Origin: Pirellulales bacterium
GTDB lineage: Bacteria; Planctomycetota; Planctomycetia; Pirellulales; Lacipirellulaceae
DNA: 64,000 bases
NCBI GenBank assembly: GCA_041753435.1
Contig: JBGSUJ010000049.1
Location: forward strand, 5,580-69,579
Direction of reading: 5' to 3'
Shown: positions 29,601 to 38,789 of the stretch, piece after piece
Position numbering within the stretch: position 1 is the first letter of the stretch
Layout: each line of letters begins with the position of its first letter
Notes under the pieces: model-generated
Seen by the model: only the letters and a program-made list of their open reading frames with translations
Database searches by the model: none
Told to the model about the DNA's origin: nothing
Made by a program: the position numbers and the translations under genes

Positions 29601-30236
29601 GCCACTCCCTTCCAGCCGCGTTTGCAGCCGGGGAAAAAAGTGCCCTATCGATCGCCTGCGCAAGTGGATGAAGCCGGCCGACAATTTGTGATCACCGACG
29701 GCCACGAAAAGCTCTATCTGGTGGAATTAGTCGACCAACCGCAGTTCCATTTTAAGACGGTAACCACAGCGAATATCGGTCCTTTCCCAATCGTGTCGCC
29801 GCTGACGGTGATCGACCAAACGGTGTTTGCCGTGAGCGATGGCGGCCAGCTCTCGCGGTTTGAACTCCCGTCGTTGAAGAGCGCCGGTCAAACCGATTTG
29901 CCCGCTGCCGTAGTCTGGGGACCTCACCATGTGGGCGGCAAGTTACTGATGGCCACGGCCGACGAGCGACTACTCGCCGTAACGACTGAGGGAAGTATGG
30001 CTTGGGCCGTAGAGCTTAAGTCAGGCGAGCTGGCTGGGCTGCCCCTCGCGGCCGACGAGGGTAGTGTGCTGCTCGCCTATCGACGAGGCATCTTGGAGCG
30101 ACGCAATCTCGCGGATGGTCTGCCCCTCGGCACGCTCGATGTCGAACATCCACTGGCGACAGGGCCAGTTCGCTTTCAAGAACATATTCTACTCACCACC
30201 CACGACGGCACGCTCTTGCTCGTCGAGCAGCCGTAA
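26655..30236 (+). CDS. large membrane protein with PQQ-like beta-propeller repeats
   Basis: 1193 aa. TM FMLIGGGLLVLLVLCGGTVALIL. Helical TPR-like region, then BamB/PQQ-type repeats (IDGALYAFEVATGKLLWR, LLCLKTGTGDLVWR, GRLYLVDLASGEQ). Confidence 0.8.
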   Translation: MPAERLILLIEEQRLLPPSLIEKLRVKLLASDEPMTAVMLARFLVQKRHLTQRQATGLLAELPVEVAVDTPTDKPVQPQILPEQPGASTDLGEDLSGDSSIFAPLLAPTNRDQGNDEEIFTLVPIDEGESPEQAQHRAEEISRQKLVPLEDLVQLSADKQSATVIPASIEEAMGQDVYLSSSSEALRVSPSSIIRSRTASKEMDEVAKRTAARTGRRAPALRKKTKRANQWESPFMLIGGGLLVLLVLCGGTVALILNWKSGDEKLELARQARDAGSFTQAIGFYREFTENFTSHALWSTARIELALTKLRQSVEGGNMEPALNIAHAELQDLQDDRNLDQQKLAEARPELAELLPRIAGGLAEQADASTGNPIESERVTALARDALALCRNAKFVSKEFRDDTALQEIEDKLARVQRRQQTRGELELGLATIKSAIKKGDTRAAYTIHKKLLEDHPQLATDEQLKAIVVEASAAEKAGIKFVADEHAAETNERPTPWLTALATANRKTIAAAPATGIYSARIDGALYAFEVATGKLLWRRYVGFTSNMPPVNAGDDLLVFDSKHLELLCLKTGTGDLVWRLEFGEKIATPLVVDDRAFVAAESGRLYLVDLASGEQMGYLQFAQPLRVAPIVNRTGDRLYLTGDHSSIYTISLTDLTCLGVYFLGHSSGSIRVPPAQVLDRLALLENDGVSTSRLRLLSLDDQGAVAAVETERRLSGLAASPPLTIARRLFVITDRGQLAVYDIDSMAGEKSLTQVANREPTSRDPLVRHAMLTQGAIWIGDNQLTKYAVLPTGNRLPVQSIENSFVRSTFDHPLGLFGNVLLHVHRPDGRAGATVAAINTDSGREFWENELAVPPAAAPVVDSASRTLAFADVNGLVYRFDDAAIRSRVQDQPLSAGPATNNSAKLTFGVDLGAGRAALAAPGASQHLVLYDPSAARHPVRRTKLPGVIVCGPAAFAQGVLVPLEVGQVFYLNPADGQSLATPFQPRLQPGKKVPYRSPAQVDEAGRQFVITDGHEKLYLVELVDQPQFHFKTVTTANIGPFPIVSPLTVIDQTVFAVSDGGQLSRFELPSLKSAGQTDLPAAVVWGPHHVGGKLLMATADERLLAVTTEGSMAWAVELKSGELAGLPLAADEGSVLLAYRRGILERRNLADGLPLGTLDVEHPLATGPVRFQEHILLTTHDGTLLLVEQP

Positions 30237-30247
30237 TACGGAGTGCC

Positions 30248-32605
30248 ATGCAGACGATCTGCCATCCAATGCGAAACTCACTCCTGCTACAAACACTCGT
30301 CCTGTGCGGAATGTTGTCTGCTTGGGCTGGTAGATTGTGGGCCGCGGAGGACCGGCTCTGCGACTTGCCTCCCTTCGACCAGATCTTGCTCGACGAAGCG
30401 AATAAGAGTGCCGTCTTAAACGTCGAGCCACTCGACTTGCCGGGACGAACAGTGCCGTCACTGCCGCAAGGCATGCTCACGCTTCGGTTGACGGCCGACC
30501 CAACTAAGAAGTTTGAACTGCCTTGGGCGAACATCCACAAGGTAATACTGTTTGAAGAGGCGCTGTTGGCCGAGGCACAGCGGCTAACCAACGAAAAAAA
30601 CTTTGACGATGCCTTCGACTACTACGCCCGCTTGCTCCGCGATTATCCGCATACGCCGGGCCTGAACAAAGCCGCGAACGGTTATCTTCGTCGCAACGCT
30701 CTGGAGTTAATCGAATTGCAGCAATACGACCGCGCGCTTTCGGTGCTTTCGACGCTCTACGATCGACAACCTGCCGCGCCCGGCTTATCCGACGCCGTCG
30801 ACGCTGTTTGCGGCAAGCTGATCGAGCAGAAACTCCGCGACAAAGACTACGCGGCCGCCCGCACGGTGCTGGATATGTGGCAGAGCGAGTTTCGTACGTT
30901 CAAGTCACCGGCAGCCGCTGTCTGGCAACAGCGTTTCCGGACTGCGGCCGATCGTCAACTCAGCGACGCACGACAGCGCCTCGCTGAAAAACAATACGTT
31001 GCGGTCCGCAAGGCCATCAGTCGCGCGCGCGATATTTGGCCAGCGCATGAGCAAGCAGGCGAACTGCTAGCGGAGATCCAGCGCGAGCATCCATCGGTAT
31101 CGGTTGGCGTCTTTGAAACCTCGCCCCGTAGGCCGGTCCGGCGAATCGACGATTGGGCTGCGCTCCGCGCCAGCCAGCTCCTCGAACCGACCATTACCGA
31201 GATCATTTCCTTCGGCTCGGAAGGGGGCGTGTATCGGTCTGCCTATGGTGAGTGGGTGCTCGACGAACGCGGCATGCGCCTGAGCTTGAAGCTCGCGTCC
31301 CCTATTCATCCTGGCGGCAAGCAAGTTCCTTCTGCCGACTTACTCGCACGCTTTTTTTTGAACATGGCAGACCCAGCCCGGCCCGAGTATCAAGCTAGTT
31401 TTGCTGCGGTGCTCGCCGGAGTTTCTGTCGAGGGAAGCGAGTGGGTGCATCTCGATTGGAAGCGTCCGCACGTCCGACCGGAAGCACTGCTGCAATTTCC
31501 GCTCACGCAAATTGAGGTCGACAGCAACGGCCAAGAGCAATCTAAATTGATCTCCCCGCCGCAATGGATGATTACCGAATCGGAGCCGGGCAGTGTGGCG
31601 TTCGACGCCCAACTCACCCCCACTGGATCAGGGCCTTGGCTGCAGACCATTGACGAACAAACGATGAGGGACGATCAGGCTGCGGTGGCTGCCTTGCTGC
31701 ATGGCGAGATCGATGTGCTCGACCGGGTGCCGCCGTGGCAAATCGAGCGGCTCCGCGCGGCGATTGACATTCGAGTCGACAGCTACGCGCTGCCGACCGT
31801 TCACGTGCTGCTGCTGAATCCGGACAAGCCTCTCTCCAATGAGCGCGAGTATCGCCGCGCACTGTCGTTTGCCATCCAAAGCCAGGCCGTAGTTGAGCAG
31901 GTTCTGCTGGGTGGTGCCAAAATGCCGGGATATACCGTGCTAAGCGGACCGTTTCCGGCCGGTTTGTCACTCAGTGATCCACTGCGGTATGCGTACAACA
32001 ATCGTATGGAACCGCGGCCATTCGAACCGCGGCTCGCGGCGGTGCTCGCGACCGTCGCCTGGTCGAAGGTCCTCACGCCCGATGGCCACGAGCAAGGTGA
32101 GCTCACGCCGATTCCGCCACAGGTTCTCGCCCATGCCACCGACCCCGTGGCCCGAGTGGCCTGTGAAATGATTCAGTTGCAGCTTGGTAAGGCCGGCATA
32201 CCAATTACGCTACGCGAGTTCACCGCCGATGAATTGCTGGCTGGCAAGGTGGATTACGACCTGCGGTACGCCGAGTTAGCCGTTTGGGAGCCTCTGGCCG
32301 ACGCGCGATCGCTCGTCGGATCCGAGGGGCTCGCCGGCAAGTTGGCTAGTGCGTACCTCGTGGCGGCCCTCCGCGAACTCGACGATGCGACGAACTGGCG
32401 CGATGTTCGCGCGAAGTTGGCGGAAATTCACGATATTGCCTACCACGACCTGCCGCTCGTTCCGCTCTGGCAGACAGTCAACTATTTTGCTTACCGCAAC
32501 GCGGTTCGCGGCATAGGCGAGTCGCCTGTTACGCTGTACCAGAACGTGGACCAATGGCGGGTCGGAAACGACTCATCCGTTGTTCGCATACCATCCTCCC
32601 GGTAG
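30248..32605 (+). CDS. secreted TPR plus solute-binding-protein family 5-like protein
   Basis: Signal-like LLLQTLVLCGMLSAWAG. TPR-like N-terminal part. The C-terminal ~450 aa resemble peptide/nickel-type SBPs (YRRALSFAIQSQAVVEQVLLGGAKMPGYTVLSGPFP). This assignment is by eye only. Confidence 0.55.
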   Translation: MQTICHPMRNSLLLQTLVLCGMLSAWAGRLWAAEDRLCDLPPFDQILLDEANKSAVLNVEPLDLPGRTVPSLPQGMLTLRLTADPTKKFELPWANIHKVILFEEALLAEAQRLTNEKNFDDAFDYYARLLRDYPHTPGLNKAANGYLRRNALELIELQQYDRALSVLSTLYDRQPAAPGLSDAVDAVCGKLIEQKLRDKDYAAARTVLDMWQSEFRTFKSPAAAVWQQRFRTAADRQLSDARQRLAEKQYVAVRKAISRARDIWPAHEQAGELLAEIQREHPSVSVGVFETSPRRPVRRIDDWAALRASQLLEPTITEIISFGSEGGVYRSAYGEWVLDERGMRLSLKLASPIHPGGKQVPSADLLARFFLNMADPARPEYQASFAAVLAGVSVEGSEWVHLDWKRPHVRPEALLQFPLTQIEVDSNGQEQSKLISPPQWMITESEPGSVAFDAQLTPTGSGPWLQTIDEQTMRDDQAAVAALLHGEIDVLDRVPPWQIERLRAAIDIRVDSYALPTVHVLLLNPDKPLSNEREYRRALSFAIQSQAVVEQVLLGGAKMPGYTVLSGPFPAGLSLSDPLRYAYNNRMEPRPFEPRLAAVLATVAWSKVLTPDGHEQGELTPIPPQVLAHATDPVARVACEMIQLQLGKAGIPITLREFTADELLAGKVDYDLRYAELAVWEPLADARSLVGSEGLAGKLASAYLVAALRELDDATNWRDVRAKLAEIHDIAYHDLPLVPLWQTVNYFAYRNAVRGIGESPVTLYQNVDQWRVGNDSSVVRIPSSR

Positions 32606-32617
32606 AGAATCGTCTTC

Positions 32618-34123
32618 GTGTCCCGTGCCCTTCACCAATTGCTCCTGTTTAGCATGCTCGCGCTTGGAGCGAGTTGGGCACTTGCTGCGCCCGCAGCGGA
32701 GGCACGCGAGCCTTGGGAAGGGCAGCCTTATCGAATTACCGTTCTCTTTGCGATCGACGCGCCGGGAGAGCTAGCGGACCAGCTTGCCGAGCAATTGCCA
32801 ACCTATTTGAAAGAACGCGTCAATACGTCGATCGGCATCCTATGGAAAATCCATGTCGAACTTGTCACCGGCCCCCTAAGGCACCAACTTCTGGAGGGCG
32901 TCCAATGCTTGACGAACGAAGCTGTCGACGCAGCTAAATCTGACGAAGACAAGCGATTGTTCCTAGTCGTTCGTACCACGCCGTGGGGTTACGAATTGGC
33001 AGCCCGCGAGTTCGATCGCTATGTCGAGCGCTGGGGGCCGACGATTCGCCGATCGACTCGTCAGCGCGATGCGCTGCCCGAACAGTTATTTGCATTGATC
33101 GAGCAAGCGGTTGCCCCGCTGGCACTTCTCCGGCCAGATCCGCAGGAACCGCAGAACGTCATTCTCGATTTTCGAGGCGCGGATTTGCCGCAGACAAGCC
33201 CCGATTTTTCCTGGGCCCAGCCTGGCGATGTTTTCCAGCCGCTGCTGCGACGTACGACACGGGACGGGCTGCTCATTCCCAGCAGTGTGGCCGTGGTCCC
33301 CTGGACCTATGTCGAAGTGGTCGATCCTCCGAGTATTCAAACCGACTCGAGTACTCCAGGCATGGCAGAGATTAGAGAGACAGCAAAGCCGATTGGCCGA
33401 TTAAGGAGTGCGACGCTACGGCCGCTAATTGTCCGCCGGGGTCGCGTCGAGCAGGTTGCAATTGGCCTACGCGCTGACCCAGGCGATTCCACGCTGCGAC
33501 TCGAGTCACGCCTCGAACGCGAGAAGCCGCTGGTCGGATACGAAGTCTTGGCACAGAATATGGACGAGGAACCGCTGCGTCCACTGGGCGCGAGCGACGC
33601 CGCTGGTCAAATCACAGTTACCCCCGGCAAGAGTGCCGTGCAGATGCTGTTCGTGAAAAGCGACAACGTTTTACTCGCACGGTTTCCCATCGTGCCAGGT
33701 TCAGTAGAGCAAATCGCGACGTCCCTCCCAGACGACAAGGTGCGGCTGCGAGTGTCGGCGCGGCTGGCGGCCTTCCGCGAAGATATGATCGACCTGGTGG
33801 CCCGGCGAAACATTTTCATGGCCCGAGTGCGACAGGAAATCGCGGCGCATAACTTCGAACAAGCCCGCAAGTTGCTCGAATCACTCGACGAGTTGCCGGG
33901 CTACTCGCAGTTCAATCTGACGTTAGATCGCGAATCGCAGCAATGGCGGACAAAAGACTTGCAAGTCCAACGGCGGATCGACCAGCTGTTTTCTCAAACC
34001 CGCACTGCCTTAGGTAAGTTTCTCGATCCACAGCCCATCAGCGAACTCCACGAAGAGCTGCGGAAAGCTCAGAGCATCCCTCAAGAATCACCTCGTCAAC
34101 AACAGCCGAGCGATGCAAGTTAG
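32618..34123 (+). CDS. secreted hypothetical protein
   Basis: GTG start 12 bp after the preceding stop. Signal peptide LLLFSMLALGASWALAAPAAEA. No family recognised. Confidence 0.7.
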   Translation: MSRALHQLLLFSMLALGASWALAAPAAEAREPWEGQPYRITVLFAIDAPGELADQLAEQLPTYLKERVNTSIGILWKIHVELVTGPLRHQLLEGVQCLTNEAVDAAKSDEDKRLFLVVRTTPWGYELAAREFDRYVERWGPTIRRSTRQRDALPEQLFALIEQAVAPLALLRPDPQEPQNVILDFRGADLPQTSPDFSWAQPGDVFQPLLRRTTRDGLLIPSSVAVVPWTYVEVVDPPSIQTDSSTPGMAEIRETAKPIGRLRSATLRPLIVRRGRVEQVAIGLRADPGDSTLRLESRLEREKPLVGYEVLAQNMDEEPLRPLGASDAAGQITVTPGKSAVQMLFVKSDNVLLARFPIVPGSVEQIATSLPDDKVRLRVSARLAAFREDMIDLVARRNIFMARVRQEIAAHNFEQARKLLESLDELPGYSQFNLTLDRESQQWRTKDLQVQRRIDQLFSQTRTALGKFLDPQPISELHEELRKAQSIPQESPRQQQPSDAS

Positions 34124-34253
34124 CCAGAATGTTCCAAGTCTGTAAGTCTGGGCTATTAGCGGTGTTGGCCACGACGCTGCGAAATCAAATACGGACTATC
34201 GCGATGGCAAGGCGCACGCTGCAATCCTCGCCGCCAAGCTGTCCCGGCGAGAG

Positions 34254-35642
34254 TCAGCTTAGAATCGCGACCAAAGCGACGACAAACACCACGACTAAAG
34301 CGGCCACCGCAACTCCAAACCAAAACCAAGGTTGTTGGCTGGATATCTCTCCTTCTGCATCTCCACCCGCACTACTCGGCGACGGATCACGTTCGGTTGA
34401 AAGCGTGTCTTCCGAATCACCCGAGATGCGAACCGTGCCTTGCGAAATTTGACTGGGACTCTCGACGGGTGAGGCCGCTGGTTCGGAGTCGTCGAGCACG
34501 AACTCAGCAGTTTCGGCGAGCACGGCAGGAGTGGGCGCGATTGGCCTGACCAGTCCACGCTGCAAAATTCCCGAGGCCGCAGGGTACTGCTCTGCAAGAT
34601 GCTGCGTCGCCGCCGGGTCACACCAGGGAGCGAGTAAATCGACGACCGCAGCAGCCGTGGGGGTCCGCTGGTCGGGGTCCTTGTTCATCATCGCTGCAAT
34701 TACGTCGCAGAATTCTTCCGGCAGATCGGGATTGAAAAGCTGCGGATTGAGCGGCGTTTCGTTGAGATGCCGCTGCATTTTTTCGGCCGTATTGCCCCCC
34801 GGGAAGGGCACTTTACCGGTCACCGCATAGTAGAGCGTACAACCGAGCGAGTAAATGTCGCTGACCGGGCAGACCTTGTCGGGATCAGTGATTGTTTCCG
34901 GAGCCATGTAGTCGGCAGTGCCTACCAGCGTCCGCGACGTAGCCGGTATCGGATTGCTTAAATCATCGATGATGCCCCAGGCCAATCCGAGGTCCGTCAC
35001 TTTGGTGTGCCCGTCGGGCGTGACCAGTAAATTACCCGGCTTCACGTCGCGATGCACGATCCCTCGACGGTGTGCGTAGTGCAGGCCTTCGGCTGCCTGC
35101 GAAATGAGCGTTGCCGCAATCGGGCCCGAAAGAGGCCCATTTCGGCGGACCAGCTTTCGCAAATCGGTACCGGGAACATACTCGGTAACAAAGAAGTACG
35201 TGTCGCCTTCGTGGTCTGCATAGGTCGCGCGTACGAGATTCGGGTGATCGAGTTGGGCCTGAGCACGGATCTCGCGCTGAAAGGCGGCGATCGCTGCCGG
35301 TGTGCTGCGGCCTTTGGGCAGGACCTTCACCGCTTCCGTACGGCCAAGCATTTTGTGTTCCGCCTTGAAGACGTGGCCCATCCCACCTTGGCCGATTGCG
35401 TTAACAATACGGTAGGGGCCCAATGTAAACTTCGTGCGGCCTTCCCTTAACTGCTCGACTTGCCAGCGATTGAGATAGCCGAGTTCCACCACGCGGCGGC
35501 CAAGTTCTTCATCGAGCACTTCGGCGACGGTCTGCGCGCCGCTGGGTGTCAAACCGACCAATCCAGATAGCGCATCTTCCAATTGCTGCCTGGAAAGCAG
35601 CCCGCTGACAAGTGCCGCATTTTGAAACACGGATTCAGACAT
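34254..35642 (-). CDS. tail-anchored Ser/Thr protein kinase
   Basis: Hanks kinase motifs GQGGMGHVFKA, HRDVKPGNLLV, DLGLA, APE-like YMAPE. C-terminal TM WFWFGVAVAALVVVFVVALVAIL. Confidence 0.9.
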   Translation of the reverse strand: MSESVFQNAALVSGLLSRQQLEDALSGLVGLTPSGAQTVAEVLDEELGRRVVELGYLNRWQVEQLREGRTKFTLGPYRIVNAIGQGGMGHVFKAEHKMLGRTEAVKVLPKGRSTPAAIAAFQREIRAQAQLDHPNLVRATYADHEGDTYFFVTEYVPGTDLRKLVRRNGPLSGPIAATLISQAAEGLHYAHRRGIVHRDVKPGNLLVTPDGHTKVTDLGLAWGIIDDLSNPIPATSRTLVGTADYMAPETITDPDKVCPVSDIYSLGCTLYYAVTGKVPFPGGNTAEKMQRHLNETPLNPQLFNPDLPEEFCDVIAAMMNKDPDQRTPTAAAVVDLLAPWCDPAATQHLAEQYPAASGILQRGLVRPIAPTPAVLAETAEFVLDDSEPAASPVESPSQISQGTVRISGDSEDTLSTERDPSPSSAGGDAEGEISSQQPWFWFGVAVAALVVVFVVALVAILS

Positions 35643-35841
35643 CGGCGAAACCGCACCTGGCCGACTTTACAATTGCACAATTGCCGACCATAAGAAAAGC
35701 AGTAGTGAACATATCTGCTAATTAACTCTACCTTGCGGCGCTGCTCTGCGCCAACCCAGGCAAGGAATGTTTCCCTCGCTGAACTGCTGTCTTTATCAGC
35801 CTTTAGACTATCCCGTCGACAGAGACACCTGACGACACGAT

Positions 35842-36501
35842 TCATAGATAGCCACTCCAGGCTGACGGCAGCGGCGCTTCAATTTCGATGGGTTCTTTTC
35901 GCACCGGGTGTTGAAATACTAGCCGCCGTGAATGCAGTGCAATGCCTTTGGGGAAGCGCCGCTGACTGCCGTACTTGCGATCGCCCACCACGGGGCCAAG
36001 GGCGTCGGCAAGCTGGACACGAATTTGATGCTTGCGGCCAGTAAGTAATTCGACTTCGACAAGCGTGTACTCAGCGACTCGCTGAAGCGTGCGATAATTC
36101 AACTCGGCTCGCTGGGCATTGCTGGCGGTCCCACTGGTTACATGCATTTTGCGATGCCGTTCGTCCTTGCGCAGGTAATGTACCAGCTTCCCGCTGGCCG
36201 GGGTGACACTTCCTGCAAGCAGCGCCCAATATGTTTTTTCGATAGTTCGCTCGCGAAAGAGGGCCGACAGCCGAGCCGCCGCTTTCGACGTCCGTGCCAT
36301 TAGCACGACGCCCGTCACCGGCGCATCGAGCCGGCTGACGATGCCGAGATAGACCTCGCCAGGTTTGCAGTATTTGTGGCGAATGTACTCCTTGGCCAGC
36401 GTCAGCAGCGAAAGCTCGTCCGCGGCGACGCCCATCGTCGGCAACATCGCGGGTTTGTTCACCGCGAGTAAATGATTATCTTCGTAGAGAACATCGAGCA
36501 T
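35842..36501 (-). CDS. RluA-family pseudouridine synthase
   Basis: LLAVNKPAMLPT and the catalytic-Asp motif SRLDAPVTGVVLMARTSKAA. KTYWALL core. Confidence 0.85.
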   Translation of the reverse strand: MLDVLYEDNHLLAVNKPAMLPTMGVAADELSLLTLAKEYIRHKYCKPGEVYLGIVSRLDAPVTGVVLMARTSKAAARLSALFRERTIEKTYWALLAGSVTPASGKLVHYLRKDERHRKMHVTSGTASNAQRAELNYRTLQRVAEYTLVEVELLTGRKHQIRVQLADALGPVVGDRKYGSQRRFPKGIALHSRRLVFQHPVRKEPIEIEAPLPSAWSGYL

Positions 36502-36601
36502 GTTGTCGTGAATTGCTCTTCAGATCGCGGGAATCAGTTGGTCGTAATTTCTCCCACCATTTGTGGCCACATCGAGGGGCCAATCGTTTGTGTTTGACTT
36601 C

Positions 36602-37537
36602 CTACAGGGACAACTGGCCTAACACAAAACCCGGAAACTCTTCTTCGCCTATCAGCGTACAGCGGCGGCTGCGGGCGAATTCCTTACTCCCGGCCGTGAG
36701 ACGAGCGTTGGTGACAATGCCCAACTCGTCGCAGCCTTTTTGTGCCAATTCATTGACCACTTGCTGCACGGCGGCAGCATGAAAAGGGTTGATTTCTGAA
36801 ATCGCGGCCACCGCAATCCGCCGTGGGCTGAAGGTGACAAATAGCGTTGTCGGCGTGCGGCGGATGACACCGCGCGGCCCGCGCGCCGGTAAAGCAGCCA
36901 TCGCGGGCGGGCCGCCTGGGTTTTCAGCTCGTTGAACGTTGGCACCCAGCGTGCGACAGACTTCGACGACATAATCTTCCCATTCGCCGCCCCGCATCGT
37001 TTTCCAACTTCGCTGCAGCAGCATGGCCCGTTGCAGCTTGTCGGACTTGGCCAATTCGCGGCGGTGCTCCTGCAGTGTAGCGAGGCGGCGATGGAGTTCG
37101 GCAATGGCCGAAATTGTTTCCTGGAGCCGGGCCGACTCGACACGAAGCTTCGCGTCAACCGCTGCGATCTCGGTAGGCAGCACCGTGTCGGACGGTCGAT
37201 AAAGCAGCCACGCGAACAGCGCCCATCCCGCCAAGCCCGCAACCAAGAAGCCCACCCAAGCCAGCGACCAGACACTAAACAGCCAACTGAGGGCAACCAA
37301 AGCAATGACTCCCAACGCCAGCGGGCCGATGGCGAAAACGGCCAGCGGATAAGCGGGAAATGCCTGCCCAAGAGCGCGAAACCATTTGGCCAAATGCAGG
37401 TATCGCTGGCGAAGACCGAGCGCGGCTGCCGTCTTGGCCTGCGCGGCACGTTCGATCTCAAGGCGAGCCGCCTCCGTTTCAAGCTGCGAGACTTCTCGGT
37501 TGAGCGTGGTCAAGTCGAGTTCAGAAGGCATCGACAT
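36602..37537 (-). CDS. membrane protein with coiled coils and C-terminal Mrr-like restriction-endonuclease-fold domain
   Basis: N-terminal coiled coil, two TM helices (LAVFAIGPLALGVIALVAL, VGFLVAGLAGWALFAWLL), a second coiled coil, then GEWEDYVVEVCRTLGANV ... LGIVTNARLTAGSKEFA ... TLIGEEEF, resembling Mrr_cat. Confidence 0.65.
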   Translation of the reverse strand: MSMPSELDLTTLNREVSQLETEAARLEIERAAQAKTAAALGLRQRYLHLAKWFRALGQAFPAYPLAVFAIGPLALGVIALVALSWLFSVWSLAWVGFLVAGLAGWALFAWLLYRPSDTVLPTEIAAVDAKLRVESARLQETISAIAELHRRLATLQEHRRELAKSDKLQRAMLLQRSWKTMRGGEWEDYVVEVCRTLGANVQRAENPGGPPAMAALPARGPRGVIRRTPTTLFVTFSPRRIAVAAISEINPFHAAAVQQVVNELAQKGCDELGIVTNARLTAGSKEFARSRRCTLIGEEEFPGFVLGQLSL

Positions 37538-37570
37538 GGACCATCGACCGCTAGCGTGCGAGCGGCATGC

Positions 37571-38245
37571 CTAAACACGCGCAACAAAGGCAAAAATTGC
37601 CAGAAAATGGCACGCGCTGCCGGCAATCACAAGCAGATGCCAGACCGCATGAAAGTGGCGAACTTTGTAATCGTAGCGGAGAAAGATCGTTCCGATCGAA
37701 TAGCAAAGCCCCCCCAGGAGCATCCACCAGAATGCGGCCATTGGCACGATCCCTGCCAGTGCCGGAACCGAGATAATCGGCATCCAGCCCAGCACCACGC
37801 AGGGCCAAATCGAGACCGACTCGACACGGTGGGAGAAAACAACCTTCGACAAGAAGCCCCACACGGCAACGGCCCAGATTGCTCCGAGCAGCAGCCACCA
37901 AGGCGCGGTGCGCAAATACACTAGTGAAAATGGCGTGTAAGTGGCTGCGATCAGGAAATAGATGAAGCCTTGATCCATCGCGCGAAAGTACGATCGCCAC
38001 TCCGGCGTCTTCGCGCTGTGCGAAAGCGTACTCATCGCGTATACCGCCACCAAACTGGCGACATAAACCCCGCAGCCAATTTCGCGCCAGATGTCGCCCT
38101 CGCCGAACACGTTGGTGGCCATCGCCACCGCGCCGACAACGCTCAGTACAAAACCCAATCCATGAGTAATCGCGTTGGCGCGTTCTTCAGCGCGCGACAG
38201 CCTCCAGCCAAAAAAATCACGGGGAAACAATTGACTACTATCCAT
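37571..38245 (-). CDS. hemolysin III / PAQR family channel protein
   Basis: Seven TM helices. Motifs NAITHGLGF, DQGFIYFLIAATYTPF, HAVWHLLVIAGSACHF. Confidence 0.9.
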   Translation of the reverse strand: MDSSQLFPRDFFGWRLSRAEERANAITHGLGFVLSVVGAVAMATNVFGEGDIWREIGCGVYVASLVAVYAMSTLSHSAKTPEWRSYFRAMDQGFIYFLIAATYTPFSLVYLRTAPWWLLLGAIWAVAVWGFLSKVVFSHRVESVSIWPCVVLGWMPIISVPALAGIVPMAAFWWMLLGGLCYSIGTIFLRYDYKVRHFHAVWHLLVIAGSACHFLAIFAFVARV

Positions 38246-38441
38246 GTTCGTCGGCAGCGTATTTAGCTAGCGAAGGGGCGGGGGAGATTAGCAGGAACCT
38301 TCATTAGAATTATCGTGTTTGTGTATTGCAACCCTTGATTTTGTACCTTTCGGAAAAGTTCCACACCCTACGGCAGAGGATGCTCTTTATTCCGGTCGTT
38401 TGATGTGCTCTCCCTGATAAATTAGAACGGTCACGAGATAA

Positions 38442-38789
38442 TTATCGACTATCGAGGGGTGCGGTAATCAGGCTGTCTACTTCGGTCTCAAAGCTAGGAA
38501 TTGCAGCTTTGATTCTACCGCAAGTTATTCCTTGAATCGCGAGACGACGGACTGCTTGTAACTTGGGTAACCTGGCTAGAAAAGCTGGAGTCTCATTCCC
38601 CGTGATTTCTCTCGTGATGGCAGGGTTGGTCGCACACGGCAGGGAAATGCCGCGGGCACTGGGAATCTGGCTTGGGATCGTGCCGATGACTTGCATGAGG
38701 GCGGTAGGCGGAGCGCCGCATAGTGCAGAGAATAGACGCTGGAGCCGCGTGCGACGGCAGTTGCGATCCATAAACAGACAGCTGCGCAT
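38442..38789 (-). CDS. hypothetical protein (115 aa), possibly translationally coupled to the upstream VKOR-DsbA gene
   Basis: The ATG overlaps the TAA stop of the upstream gene (TAATG). Lies in an AT-richer stretch. No family recognised. Confidence 0.3.
   Translation of the reverse strand: MRSCLFMDRNCRRTRLQRLFSALCGAPPTALMQVIGTIPSQIPSARGISLPCATNPAITREITGNETPAFLARLPKLQAVRRLAIQGITCGRIKAAIPSFETEVDSLITAPLDSR

Noticed and set aside
36652-37924. Alternative-frame ORFs 36652..37482 (minus, 276 aa) and 36932..37924 (plus, 330 aa)
   Set aside because: They overlap the Mrr-like and hemolysin-III genes, which have recognisable TM and motif structure. The products are Arg/Pro/Ser-rich.
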